Source of the DNA: Selaginella moellendorffii
Lineage: Eukaryota; Plantae; Lycopodiophyta
NCBI RefSeq assembly: GCF_000143415.4
Contig: NW_003314273.1
Location: 878,074 to 942,073, forward strand
DNA: 64,000 nt
Reading direction: 5' to 3'
Below the pieces are notes generated by a model that saw only the letters and a program-made list of their open reading frames with translations, had not been told where the DNA came from and made no database searches. The position numbers were made by a program, and so were the translations under genes. Shown here in pieces: positions 49,639 through 61,480 of this stretch. Each line of letters starts with the position of its first letter. The stretch's first letter is position 1.

Positions 49639-51085
49639 CGTAACATGTTTAGATTAAAGGCTCTGACTTGGAAAGTTGAAAGCGGGAGTGGAACTCCCAA
49701 TGAAGTGCTCGAGGAACAAGCACGAAGCAAGCCATAAACGAGCCTTTAGAAAAAGGACACAAGAGAACCAACACATAACATGTGGAAGAGTCCGAAATAT
49801 ACTCGAGATGGAGTTCGAGATGGACCGAGATGGAGTTCGAAATGGACCCGAGATGGAGTTTGAGATGGAGTCCGAGATGGACCCTAGATGGAGTCCGAGA
49901 TGGAGTCCAAGATGGAGCTGAGATGGAGTCTAAGATGGACTTGAGATGGAGTCCGAGATGGAACTGAGATTGAGATCAAGACTGAGACCGAGACCGAGAC
50001 CGAGTCCGAGTCCAAGGCCGAGACTGAGACTGAGTCCAAGTCTAAGTTTGAGTTCGAGTCCAAATACTAATACAAACTGTTGGGTGAAAGCCCAAAGCGA
50101 TCATCCCTTAGGGGGAGGGCTGCGGGGGGTTCCAAAAAATATAGTAGGGAGAGTGTGGGGGTTGGAGTCCAGTGGAGCCAGTTTAGCTAGGAAAGGCTAA
50201 TTTGGCCCAAGAAGGCTATACCTAGGTGTTGGGTGATGGGCTGACCACTGGGAAGTCCAAAACTAGAGTGAACATGGACAAACAAGTAGGGTAACTTAGT
50301 GAAGTGTTCAAGAGCCAGCTCTAATTCCCCCGGGAGATCGAATGGTCAATGCTCTCAGTCCAAGCGTGGGTGGCATTACCTACTTGGATACCTGGTGTGG
50401 CTCAACGAAACTTCGCTCTAAGCCTATGGCTAGAGCACCCAAAGGCGAAAAGCAAGGAGAGTATCCACGAGGCTCACGTAGAGCCATGATGTTCCGAAAT
50501 GTTGTTTCAAAGACCTAGACTGTGGAAAGGAAGAGGATCAATCCTCTGATGTAGTGACCAAGGATACAGTCATGTGGTGAGGAAGTCCTAGGGGACCGTG
50601 GGACTTAATAGTCTGGCCTGTGGGCTTTGATCCAGTGGTAGTGTTGGTGAACACAGCCATGAATAGAAAGGGAATTAGTGAGGACTGGAAAAGGGATATT
50701 GGGGAAGGCTATTCCCCATATCGGCGGGCATCTTAAGGATGCTAAGGAGTGGATTTGGGATGATCATTCATGGATAAATGGCCTAATTTTTTAGAGACGG
50801 GACTATAATGCAGGTGGTGTTAAACCACCGGTGTGACCAAGGTGAAGGGCATGGCCCTAATGTAATTGGCTGATTTGTTGGTGGTACCTTGGGGTGTTGG
50901 TCATGGGATTGAACACATGGAGCACTTAGACCAAATGCAAAGGTTGAGTGGTGTGGAAGCCATTCTCAAGGCTAACAAGTCCTTAAGTCTGGAATAAGAC
51001 TTATAGATGTTGTGAGTGAGACTCCTTCAAGTGGTCAAAGGTGTGGCTAAGTGACAAAGTAGAATGGAAAAATTAATCACTTACA
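49639..51085 (+). mobile_element. Solo-LTR-like repeat, copy 2
   Basis: Homologous to 5072-6240; (c)gtaac...ttaca termini. Confidence 0.7.
49805..50062. repeat. Tandem arrays GAGATGGAGTCC (12 bp) and GAGACC/GAGTCC (6 bp)
   Basis: Directly visible periodicity. Confidence 0.9.
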
Positions 51086-53949
51086 TTAATCTTTTTGTAT
51101 GAATTGTTTCAATTGCTACATATACACAATTTCTAAAGGATTGGCCTGCTGAATGTTATGCCAAACCTTATAAACTTGTGGTCCAACTTGCCATAACAAT
51201 CGATATGATCCTTTCCACTGAGCAAGGAACCCTTAGATAAACCACGTACTGTAAAATGTGGAAAACAAACACCAAATCATCCACTTTGTACTCTGCAGAT
51301 GGATGATGATGGGAGTTGTAGTGCTGTTGTTGTCCCATTGTATATGGCCTACGTGTTCGGCAAAATCTACTCAAACAAGTGGAAAAATGCTCGTCAAATA
51401 CTAATCCCACAACCTAGCATCGACAGCTCGTGGCAATTGTGAAAGTAAACCTAACTACATTAGTAATATTGGATCATGACCATATAGGAGTTTATATGGT
51501 GAAGCACTAACAGAACTCTACACCTTTGTGACATATACATACCGAAGAGATGACAAATAACTATCCCAATCCGAATGTTAAAAGTTCATGTACTTTGCGA
51601 TCATCCTTTTGAATGTCTGAATAAGTCGTTCCACTAAACCATCTGACTATGGATGATAATCACTTGTGAAAGTGTGATGTATCCCCAATCGAGATATCAA
51701 AACATGAAATGCCTCAACTATAAATTTAGGGCCATTATCCAAAAGAATCTACTCTTGATTGGATGCGTATCCCCAATTGGAATCAGATGATATGTGGCAA
51801 TTTTGGCCCTAGATGATAAATCAAATTCAAAGAGATTGACATACTCCTTCATGAGTCAATCAACTGCTGCAACACAAAAACTATTAGAGGGATTGGAAAA
51901 GAGAAGAGTGAAACAAGATAGAAATATAAAAGGAAGTAATAGGGAAACAAAAGTAATGGAAGCAAAGGTAAAAGAGGGATAAAGAAATACTAAAGTGAGA
52001 AGAATTAATGAAATATAAAGAAGTATGAGGCAAAGGGGAGAAGTCTTAAAGTCATATTTGGCATGATTGCATTGCAACTAATTCATATCAAGGATGACTA
52101 CAATGACTGCAATGACTACAACCCAAGTTTGAGATTGCCCACACACACAACTAGGTTTGCCTTATCTCATACACATGCATGTGTACGACTATTACTATAA
52201 AGAATGAAAACTAACTTTGCCGTATAATGCAAATGGAGATGGCAATATGTGGCAACAGGTTGAGCAATAAAAGATAAACTCAAATCTATATCAACCAATA
52301 TGGAGAGAATAATAGAAGATCTCTTATTATAAAAACAAGCTTGGAAAGTAAACACTGGATGAATTAGTGCCAAGTGAACCCCTTGATGATACTCCTGAAA
52401 GAAAGAGAGGGGTCACTAACTTATTTGTGTAAGGTCCCTCTATTACTCGTGTGACTCCTCGTTTCCCGGATGCATCTTAGTGTCTAGACTTTCCACTATA
52501 GCAACATCAACAGAACATTGTTAATGCCAAAGTCTCCATTTAGGAATGGAGGCTGCCAATCCAAAAAACACCAACAACACCAATAAGTGTGACCAACTTC
52601 ATCACATGCCTAGTAGCAAACATCATGGCCGCGATCACGTCCTCACCCTTATCCTTGAACTTGAGCAGTAATAGCATCAACCTCCATTGGAACATAACCA
52701 TCTCCCATAAAAAGTGGAGCTGAAAAACATGCAGCGAGAAGTGGAAGAGGCAACGTCTAGATCAAGTCTTACAAGATTTTGATGAAGTGCTAGCCACAAC
52801 ATTCCCGACTTGATCCGCTCTAATATATTTGGCTCTGCAAGAAAAAAGGAGGCTTCGGAAACAAATGCCAAATTGCATCATTAACTCAGATGGCCCTTGA
52901 CGAAAACGATACAATTGTTGAAAGGCATCATCATAATTGTCGGCATATTCAAATATGCATTTGAAAACATCTGGGAGATTACTCTAATCCGCACAAGTGG
53001 CTGTGCTCAAACCATTGTACCATTGCAACACCATCCCTTGAAGACACATGGGAAACTCACGCAAACGTCGAGTATCATCCTAAGAATGATATATGGTTAT
53101 TACCATGAAGTGATTGAACTAATGGTACACATCATCCCCAATCAACTGAGTTTGGTTGTTCAACTACAATTGCATAGCATCGAGCAATTGCACCAACTAA
53201 TGCTCCAGAGTCAAAGAAGGAGGAGGAAACTACTACTCTACCATGAAGATGAATGAAAAGGAAAGAGCAAAAGAAAAAAAATGAAAAAGGTTGAAGGGGA
53301 GATTTAAGCAATGTAAAAGTTAAATTTAAACCAAAATCCCGAAAGGAAAGAACAAAAGTAAGGAAATTGAAATAGCTAGATCTAGACAATACAAAAACTA
53401 AATCTAAACCAAAACCCCAAATCCAAACACTCTTCAGAAACAATCAAAAGTGCCCCTCACCTCCACTAATGTGAATGTATAATATTCACAACACATGGTA
53501 TAGCTTTTCTTACGCTTGGTGCCAATCCTTGCATTTGACTAGAGTTCTTTCATATGTACACTATAATCTCTTTGTTTCTTGTCTTTAAATTCCAAAAAAT
53601 TCTGGAATGAAAACAAAAACACTTGATTGACTGATCTTTTAAATGAAAAACTTCTTACTTAGATCATGTGTATCCCCTTTCTTTTCTGAATTTGGAAAAA
53701 AGAAATCAATAAATACTCATTTTTTGAGGATTTTAACTCTCTTTAAACTGATTAGTTGAGTTTTTTATTTTCTTGTTTTTTCTAGGTTTCAAGAAGAAAC
53801 AAGAAGACAACAACCTCAAATAATATAATCTAAATAAAAAGTTTTAATTTTGACTTTTCTTTTTGTCTAGAAGATCAATCAATCCAATTCTTTTTTATTT
53901 TCTTCTATGATCCTTGAAATGTAGAAAATATAATGATAACAATTATGAT

Positions 53950-55700
53950 ATATGTAAAAAGTATTTAACTTTTCTTTTAATACCTAAATTTAGAGCTGAA
54001 CTCTAATACTGTTAGAATTAAACTTCAATACCATTGTGCTACAAAATGAAGGTTTAATACTAGCACTAACTCCTTATAGGCATACTAGTGGCCTAATGGA
54101 AGGAGGTGGTACCCCATTAACTAAGCCAGCATACTTATATCTTATAAAATTTTGAATTTGGAAAATCTCAACATATAATGTAATTCCTTTCATTGGAGCA
54201 AGAAAAGGTAAAAAGTTTAATTTATTAGTACCATCTCCAAGGAGAAGCAAGGTAAAATAAGTTTACTTAGAGTCGGACTTGAGATGTCTTTAATACAAAA
54301 TGTATTAAAAGATTATATAAATTTAGATGGAGAGTTTGAGTAGTACTATGCTAGTTGACTCCTGGGAAGTCCAAATTTAGAAACTTACATTTGGTATTAG
54401 GTCACTAAATATAATACTATTTAAACTGATAATCATTACTTATAAGCCTCTAAAGTAAAACTTATACTATTCCATGAGTGAGTGATTGAAAGCAACTTTT
54501 TGTGCTACCTCCTTACACTCTAGGTATATCTTTGTCTTAAACTTAAAAATCTCATTGTGAGAAAATGAACTTAAACCTTCCAAAAAATAACTCCAAACAT
54601 CTTTGTTATTCATATTTGCAATCATAATGTGCTCATGAGCAAATATGTTAACACAGTGCATAAGATCCCTATACTACTTTAACTATTTTAACTTTGCTCA
54701 AATTTTAAGACCAAGATATCCGACAAATATTCCTTATGATATAAAACCACATTTTAGTCCAACTTCTAGTCTATCCTTTTTCACTACACACTTGACACCA
54801 CCAAGTTTTGGCATAATATGTGAGAAAGAACTATATATATATAGCCTTCATTGATCATCTATTTGCCGTTATGAAATGCTTTTCTATATTGTAAACTTAG
54901 TCTTCCATACCTCCTTCAGGGGCTTAAATTTTGAAACACATACAACTAGGGGTAGTTACAAAACTTTATTATCCTCAAAACTTAAAATGAAGTCCAAAAC
55001 TTCATTATCCTCAAAACTTTAAAAGGAGTCTAAAACTTCATTATTCTCAAAACTTAAAAAGGAGTTTAGTTGTTTAAATTTACCTATTTTAGTTGCCTCA
55101 ACTTCTTTTTTCCTCTTCTTGTTCTCCTCTTTTTGCAAATTCTCAATTTCAATGTTTTAAGCCCTACACTATAATGGTGTAACTTCAGGCCAAAACTCTT
55201 CCTCTTTTAACTTAGCCTCAGTCTTTTTTATAATATTTTTAGTAAGAGTTTCCTCCTCTTGATTCACTCCTCTAGAGGTTTAAGCATTATCAAGTCAGTT
55301 CCATTTGGCCATCTCACTAGATGTATACATATCTCTAACAATAAATGAATATCTTACTAAATGGTGCAATCTAACTAATTCTACATATATTGCTTTGGAT
55401 GTACTAAAAAAGTATTTGTATATGCAACTAAAGTCAAAAATTTCAATAAAAGCTATATAAGAATTACTGAGACAATACCTTTGATACCAAATGTAACACA
55501 TCTAAATTTGAAACCAAACTCCAAGCTTGTTACACTACAAAACAAGAGTTTAATACACACTTAAATTCCTTTATAAGTCAGTACCCCATCAACTAAAGTA
55601 GAATGAAACTTGGGCTTAGACCCAAACTAAACATAAAATAAAGAGCAACATAACCTAGTGAGAGCCAAATTAATATCTTAAGTAGTCAATCATACTTTAA
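53950..55700. mobile_element. Further decayed LTR-element fragments
   Basis: PBS-like junctions ttaca-tt-tggtattag (~54384-54400, +) and ttgatacca-aa-tgtaac (~55481-55497, -). Confidence 0.4.
54960..55066. repeat. ~35-bp tandem repeat x3
   Basis: aaaacttcattatcctcaaaacttaaaaaggagt variants. Confidence 0.8.
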
Positions 55701-56329
55701 ACCACTATCCCTATTATATATTTGGACCCTCCCTTTCCTTCTCCTCTCTCTCAGCTCTTTTTTTCTTCTTAGATCCTATAAATTTATTAATCAAAATTTT
55801 ATTTATTTTTTATCAGTTCTAAGAAGAAATGAGATCTAAATCCTAATGATCAAAGTAATAAGTTTTAGTATGGACTTCTCTTCTTGTTTAGGATCAATTG
55901 AGTTTTTTCTTTTTCTTCCAAAATCCTAGGAATGTGGATCCAAGAAAAAGATAAAAACTTAAATCTATTAGACTAAGTAATCCAAAGAGGCTCAATAACA
56001 TCAATATTTTATGTAACCACCTAAGATAAGAAAGCTATTGAAACAAATTAGTCGTTTGCCAATAAAAAGGTTTTGGACTTTTCTTTTTGATATACTATGT
56101 GTGTGGGACTAAGATTTTATTCAATGTTAAAAAGGTTTATCATGCTTTTAATACTTCTCTTTTTAGTTCAAAATTTGTTTTGTAAGTGGAATTTGATTTC
56201 CATGACAATCTCAACTTGTTTAAGTTGGCATATGGCATCATTAACATTTAGGAAGTGAAATCATCAATTGATGGCCTTTGTTTGCTAGAGTTTGTATTTG
56301 AAAAGTCAGAAATAACTACAAGGTTCCTT

Positions 56330-56768
56330 GAAGAAATACAAAGATTCTCTATTGCCTCATGTGGTGGCCTCTAGTTAAAACTTGTTCTAGTTTGCAACAC
56401 AGATGCTTATGTAGCAAGGGAAAAACTGATGTGGCAGAGAGGAAAAAATTTCATTAAGTATGAAAAGCCTATGAACAAAAGAGATCAATCTTTATGCCAA
56501 ACTTGGAAGATCTAGCTTCTTCTTGATGATCTAGATGACTTCCTCCCCATACACATATTCTTATTCATGGGGCTGAGACCTTTGCCACAAGCCTACCTCC
56601 ATGAGATGCCTCCATTAACTTCTTTTGTTCATAAGCTTTCATACTTATGAAATTTTTTGGCCACACCACACTATCTCTCTTTCTTACATCATCTTTTTTT
56701 CTCTTGTAACACAAGTCTGTAACAAGTTTTAATGGAAGGACAACAAGTGAGTTAAAAGTTCCACCTAC
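56330..56768 (+). pseudogene. Interrupted fragment copy of the ARP9 last exon / 3' end
   Basis: 56332-56391 matches ~48143-48212; 56747-56766 matches 48214-48233. Confidence 0.65.
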
Positions 56769-58011
56769 AAGCAGTAGCCACTTTGTAATTTTACATATAA
56801 TCATAATATCTTACTCCATGACAAGATAATTGTTTCAAGAAGTCTGTTACTAGCTATATTAAAAGAGAAACTTAGTGCAAGATTGATTTCTCCCTAAATC
56901 ATAAGATGGGGTGTTGGATTTTCTCATTCTTAATTATTTTTTAATATTTCAATATTTTATATTTTAGAAAACCTATAGGAGTGTAAGGAATATATCTGGA
57001 ATATCCAGATATATTCTTAGTTAGTAATCAAAGTTTAACATTAATCACAAATATAAACTATATTTACCATGCATGAGTATATCACATGAATCTAGTTCAT
57101 CTTCACTTTGAGCTCAGAAACACATGCTCTAGGTGTGCAACTCTAGGGTTTTAGCTTTCTCTCACTCCAACTAATTTGATGGGTTGTACTTGGACTTTTG
57201 GCATTACTTTTCAGTATCTTACTTGATAATTACAATATAGTCCTTAGAGAGGACTCTCCACATATGCAACTCTTGAGTAAAGAATTAGAATAATTTCAAT
57301 AAGAATCACACAATGTTTTTAGCTACTAAAGCTTAGTCAAGAGCTTCTACTAAAGCACTTGCATCCATGAGCACTATATAAAAGCTCTAGTCTATTATAT
57401 AATAGACATGGTTATCTTAAACTTCATCATTATAATGTATATAAGAAATTAGTATCCAAGACCAACATACTCCATAAGATAACACTACTGTTTTCTTGTT
57501 TGTTTAAAGTTTTTTTCATGTCAAAAGTGCTCTAACACTTTCTATACAAGCTAATATAGTAATGTAGCACACCTTAAGAAGTACAAGTAGTTGAAACCTT
57601 ACTAGTTTAATTGATTAAACAATATTTGAAATATTTCTTTTAAGGAACTCTATTAGAGGATATTCTTTTATAGTTAAAATTATCTAATTTCCCAATTATT
57701 ATTTACTTAAAATAAAAAATGTATAGTTTAGAAAAATCATATTATCATTTTAGGATATTATATATGTAGGAAATTCTTATTAGAAAATTAATATATATTT
57801 ATTTATTAAATATTTAGTTTATAATATTTGCTAGTTATAAAAATAACAAATTAATAATATTTTAGATGATATTTAAAATATCACTTTTCTAAAGTGTTGT
57901 AAAATATTATTATTATTATTATAACTATACATTAGCTGGTGATGGAATAATGTGATCAATGAATGTATATTTTTGGGGCATAAATGTGATTTTTATAAGA
58001 GAGAGAGAGAA

Positions 58012-58832
58012 ATGAGTGTGTTGCGTTTCATGGGATTGACATCCAAGCTGGTCACAGCTTGCAGCAGGAATGAAACACAAGTGAAAAGGTGTAAACGCCG
58101 CTCGGTCTTGCTCGCTTGCTCATCCTCGCCAACGTCGCTGCTCTTCTTCCCTCTTCTCCACCAAGCACTAGCATTGGGCGGTATGTTCTCACACAAAAAA
58201 ACTCGAGTAAAAGTTCTTGCGGCAGATGTGAAATCTCCTGCATCTCTGCACCTGGTGCCATACGAGGACGAGCGCAACGGCTTTGCATTCTCGCGGCCGG
58301 AGGAATGGACCAAGGTAAGATAACTATCTCCACACCCAATCTGATTCCATGACGTCGCAGGTTGACAAGTATGGGGCCACCGTCTTGTTTGAGGATCCGA
58401 CCAAGAAATCCAACAGCGTGGGAGTCGTGGTGAGTCCCGTTAGGATCTCGTCGCTCGAGGAATTTGGCAGCCCTCAAGAGGTTGCAATCAAACTCATGGA
58501 AGCCGAGCGTAAAAAGGTTTGGTTCCTTCTGCATTTACCCGGAATAGGCATTTTGGATTTATCTTTGGTAGCCAAGCACGAATGCCGTGGAGCTTGTTAG
58601 CATCGACAGCAGAAGGATGCTAATTCCAGGCGGCGCGTCCGCTACCGTGTACGAGATTGAGTACAAGCTCGACAGTACGCGCGGGATGAAACGGGTCTAC
58701 TCTGGAGTCACGATCGCCTCTAGAAAACTCTTCATCATCAATGTGGCCGTCGCAGAGGGAGCCAATGATACGATCGATCAAGAGACCGAGTCTGCGCTCA
58801 AATGCTTGGTCTCGTCCCTGCGAGTAACTTGA
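58012..58832 (+). CDS. PPD2: PsbP domain-containing protein 2 (thylakoid lumen)
   Basis: RR..ALA Tat-type signal; NSVGVVVSPVRISSLEEFGSPQ, AERKK, YEIEYKLDSTRG. Confidence 0.88.
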
Positions 58833-58863
58833 TTTCTTCCGAAAACATCTTCGAAGAACCTTT

Positions 58864-59550
58864 CAATCTCCTTCACGGCCTGAAAGGCCTTCGTGAATCT
58901 CCTCCCACGAAGCTCATCCACGGTCGGTCCGTGAAAGGTCCACGATTGCTGTTGTTGTTCCTTCAAGCCGGAGAGATTTATCGCTGCCAAACTTTCGCCA
59001 AAGTTTGGCCGCATATCCAGTACGCCGCTTCCTGATAGAACTCAATGGCCATTTGTGAGAGCGAGACTTTAGCTGGGAAAACCATTGTTTGTTTAGAGCT
59101 CGTCGGCCTGGTGCTCCTCGCTCCTTGAAGCGAATCCGGGCAGTCGAGAGGAAGCTGTGCTGTCCTCGTCGTCGTAGTCGCCACCAAAGCCGAGTAGATC
59201 TTCTCGTGCACGTCGTTGCTGAACGTGTCGCATAGAACTCGGCGGGGTGGCGATGTCGGGTTGGGGCTTTTTTCTCGGCCTCCGCTTTGAAAATCTGTCT
59301 ATCTCCACCACTTTAGACTGCTCTCGGAGCTTTTGTCTTGCTGAGCAGCGTCAGGAGCACTTATGGTAGCTCTCCTCCTTGGGAGGACCTTATCCAATGG
59401 ATGAGCAGCCATCCATCGTTCCAACCGACTCTACACGCGAATTTACAGTGTTGCAGGCAAATGGAAAACATTATGTTCCCTAGTTCAGCAGAAGCCAACG
59501 GTCTTTCGCGCCTGAAAAGTCCGATCTGCTTTTGGTCGAACTTGCAAACT
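58864..59550 (-). pseudogene. Degenerate duplicate of the IQD 3' exons
   Basis: Colinear with ~61472-62478 ([28 protein letters not shown]) with large deletions and frameshifts. Confidence 0.85.
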
Positions 59551-60054
59551 GATAAGGTATAGTACAGTCTTGTGTTCTTTCTTATGCAAAGGACTTTCCA
59601 TGCAGAGAGCTTCTACTATGCTTTTACGAGATAACCAAACAAAAAGCTGCTTGTTATAGGTAGAATGTCGTGAGTTGGCATATGCAGTGTGTTATCACCC
59701 TATCGCTTGAAGCACATTGTGACAGTTGCCACAGACAGAGGAAGGAGGCTGCAAGAGTAAATGGCTGCCATCGGTCGCGTGCACTCAAACAAGCCCTCCC
59801 TGGGAGAGTAGCTCAACACAGAATATGCCAAGCTATTCTAGGATAATGCGGATTTTGAACATTCAACTCAACACTAAATTAAGAATAATAATCATAAGAG
59901 TCACAAATGATTAATGTGTTAGGAGAAGGAAATAATACACATAACAAAAGAAACACTGAAAAGTTGGCTTAGACCAAAAAATAAGAAAAAGTTAAGAAAG
60001 AGCATAAGGTACGGAGAAATTAGTAAATAGAAAATTAAAGAATTAACACCTACC

Positions 60055-60575
60055 TTACAAAATTTCTAACTCATCTTCAAAACTATTTTTATAACAATCA
60101 AGTTCCTTATCACAATCTAAAATCCATTCAAGCTCATAAATATTGATTCATCTAAGAACCAGATTGTATCATCCTTATCTTCATTTATCAACTATTTATT
60201 ATTATTATTAACATTATTATGGTCAATGACATCAATTGGTCATTTATTTAATAATAACCATGAAAAGATTGAATCTTGACATGGTTATTATAGATTTTGG
60301 TTTTCATAGTTATTATGGACATCCATTGAGTATCAATGGACATCATAATAACCATTAAAAGATTTAGAATTGATTACAAAATTTCTAAATCATCTTCAAA
60401 GTTATCTCTATAATAATCAAGCTCATCATCACAATCTGGAATCCATTCAAGTTTGTAAACATTGTCTTATTATAAATTTAATCTTTAAACATTCTCCAAG
60501 AACCAAACTATCTTCATTTATTAATTATTAATTATTATTATTAACATTATTATGATCAATGGTATTGATTGGTAA
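60055..60575. repeat. ~200-bp AT-rich direct duplication with hairpins between the copies
   Basis: ttacaaaatttctaa..catcttcaaa... at ~60056 and ~60374. Confidence 0.7.
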
Positions 60576-61480
60576 ATTATCTTTAAGGATTAAAAAACAA
60601 GGGATATAATGTTTATAATTTTTTAAATTTTGTTTATTTGGAGTTTGATTTTTAGGATGAACTTGATATTATTAATATTATTAATATTGTATAAATAAAT
60701 TTATTAATTGATGTGGGACAAGAAGAATGTCACAACTAAAAATAATAAACCAACTTCAAGTAAATAAATCAACTATATTTTAATTAGTTTTTTAAAATTG
60801 AATGTCTCTTTATTTAAAAGAGAAGCAATTAAAAAGCTTGACTTTAACTTTCATTTACATATAAGTTTTAAATCTAAACTTATTTATTAACAAGTTCTTC
60901 TATTTTAGTGAATTGCCATCAGATATCTTTGCATACATTATGTACTAATACTTCTAAATATTTTAAGATATTACAAAGTTGAGAACACAAAGAAACTTTT
61001 AACAAAAACACTTGCACTTCAATTGCCCACCATTGTTCTAGGCTTTGATCATCATCGTCCCTAAAGAATTTTAAATTCTGAAGCACCACAAAGATCAATC
61101 TTAGTGAAAAATTTAGCACTACCAAGTCTATCAAAAAATCTGAGAGTGGTTTCTGCAATGCACCACTTGGTGTCTGCAGATCCTGCCAGTAAGCCTGCTG
61201 TGTCTTGAAAACTTGCTCACTTCGTAATGAGACTGGTCCAGTGATCACAGCAGCAGCTTTCGGTGTTGGTATGCTATTCTTATTGCTCCTTGAGGAGTTA
61301 TCAAAACGAACACTTCATGAAGGAAGACGTTAAACGCCTTTGTAAGCACTGCGTTCTTGGTTTTTGTGCTCGATTCTACAGGATTCACGTACTGAGATTC
61401 TCCTTTTACACATCTCAGACTGGAAAGTCTACAACGCTTTTGTAGAGTTTAAAGCTTAACTTTTTCTCATGCAATCTTCT

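Larger units (their letters stand above)
49441..53260 (-). mobile_element. Decayed Ty3/gypsy retrotransposon (gag, integrase, PPT) with nested insertions
   Basis: Integrase core YHP*SDGLVERLIQTFKRMI at ~51600-51660; gag-like FPMCLQGMVLQWY at ~53018-53057; purine tract aagaggagggga followed by TG at 49452-49441. Confidence 0.7.

Noticed and set aside
49676-50200. ORFs with MEFE/WSPR/RPRP repeats; also a possible CRISPR-like array
   Set aside because: Translation of tandem minisatellites; no unique spacers and eukaryotic context
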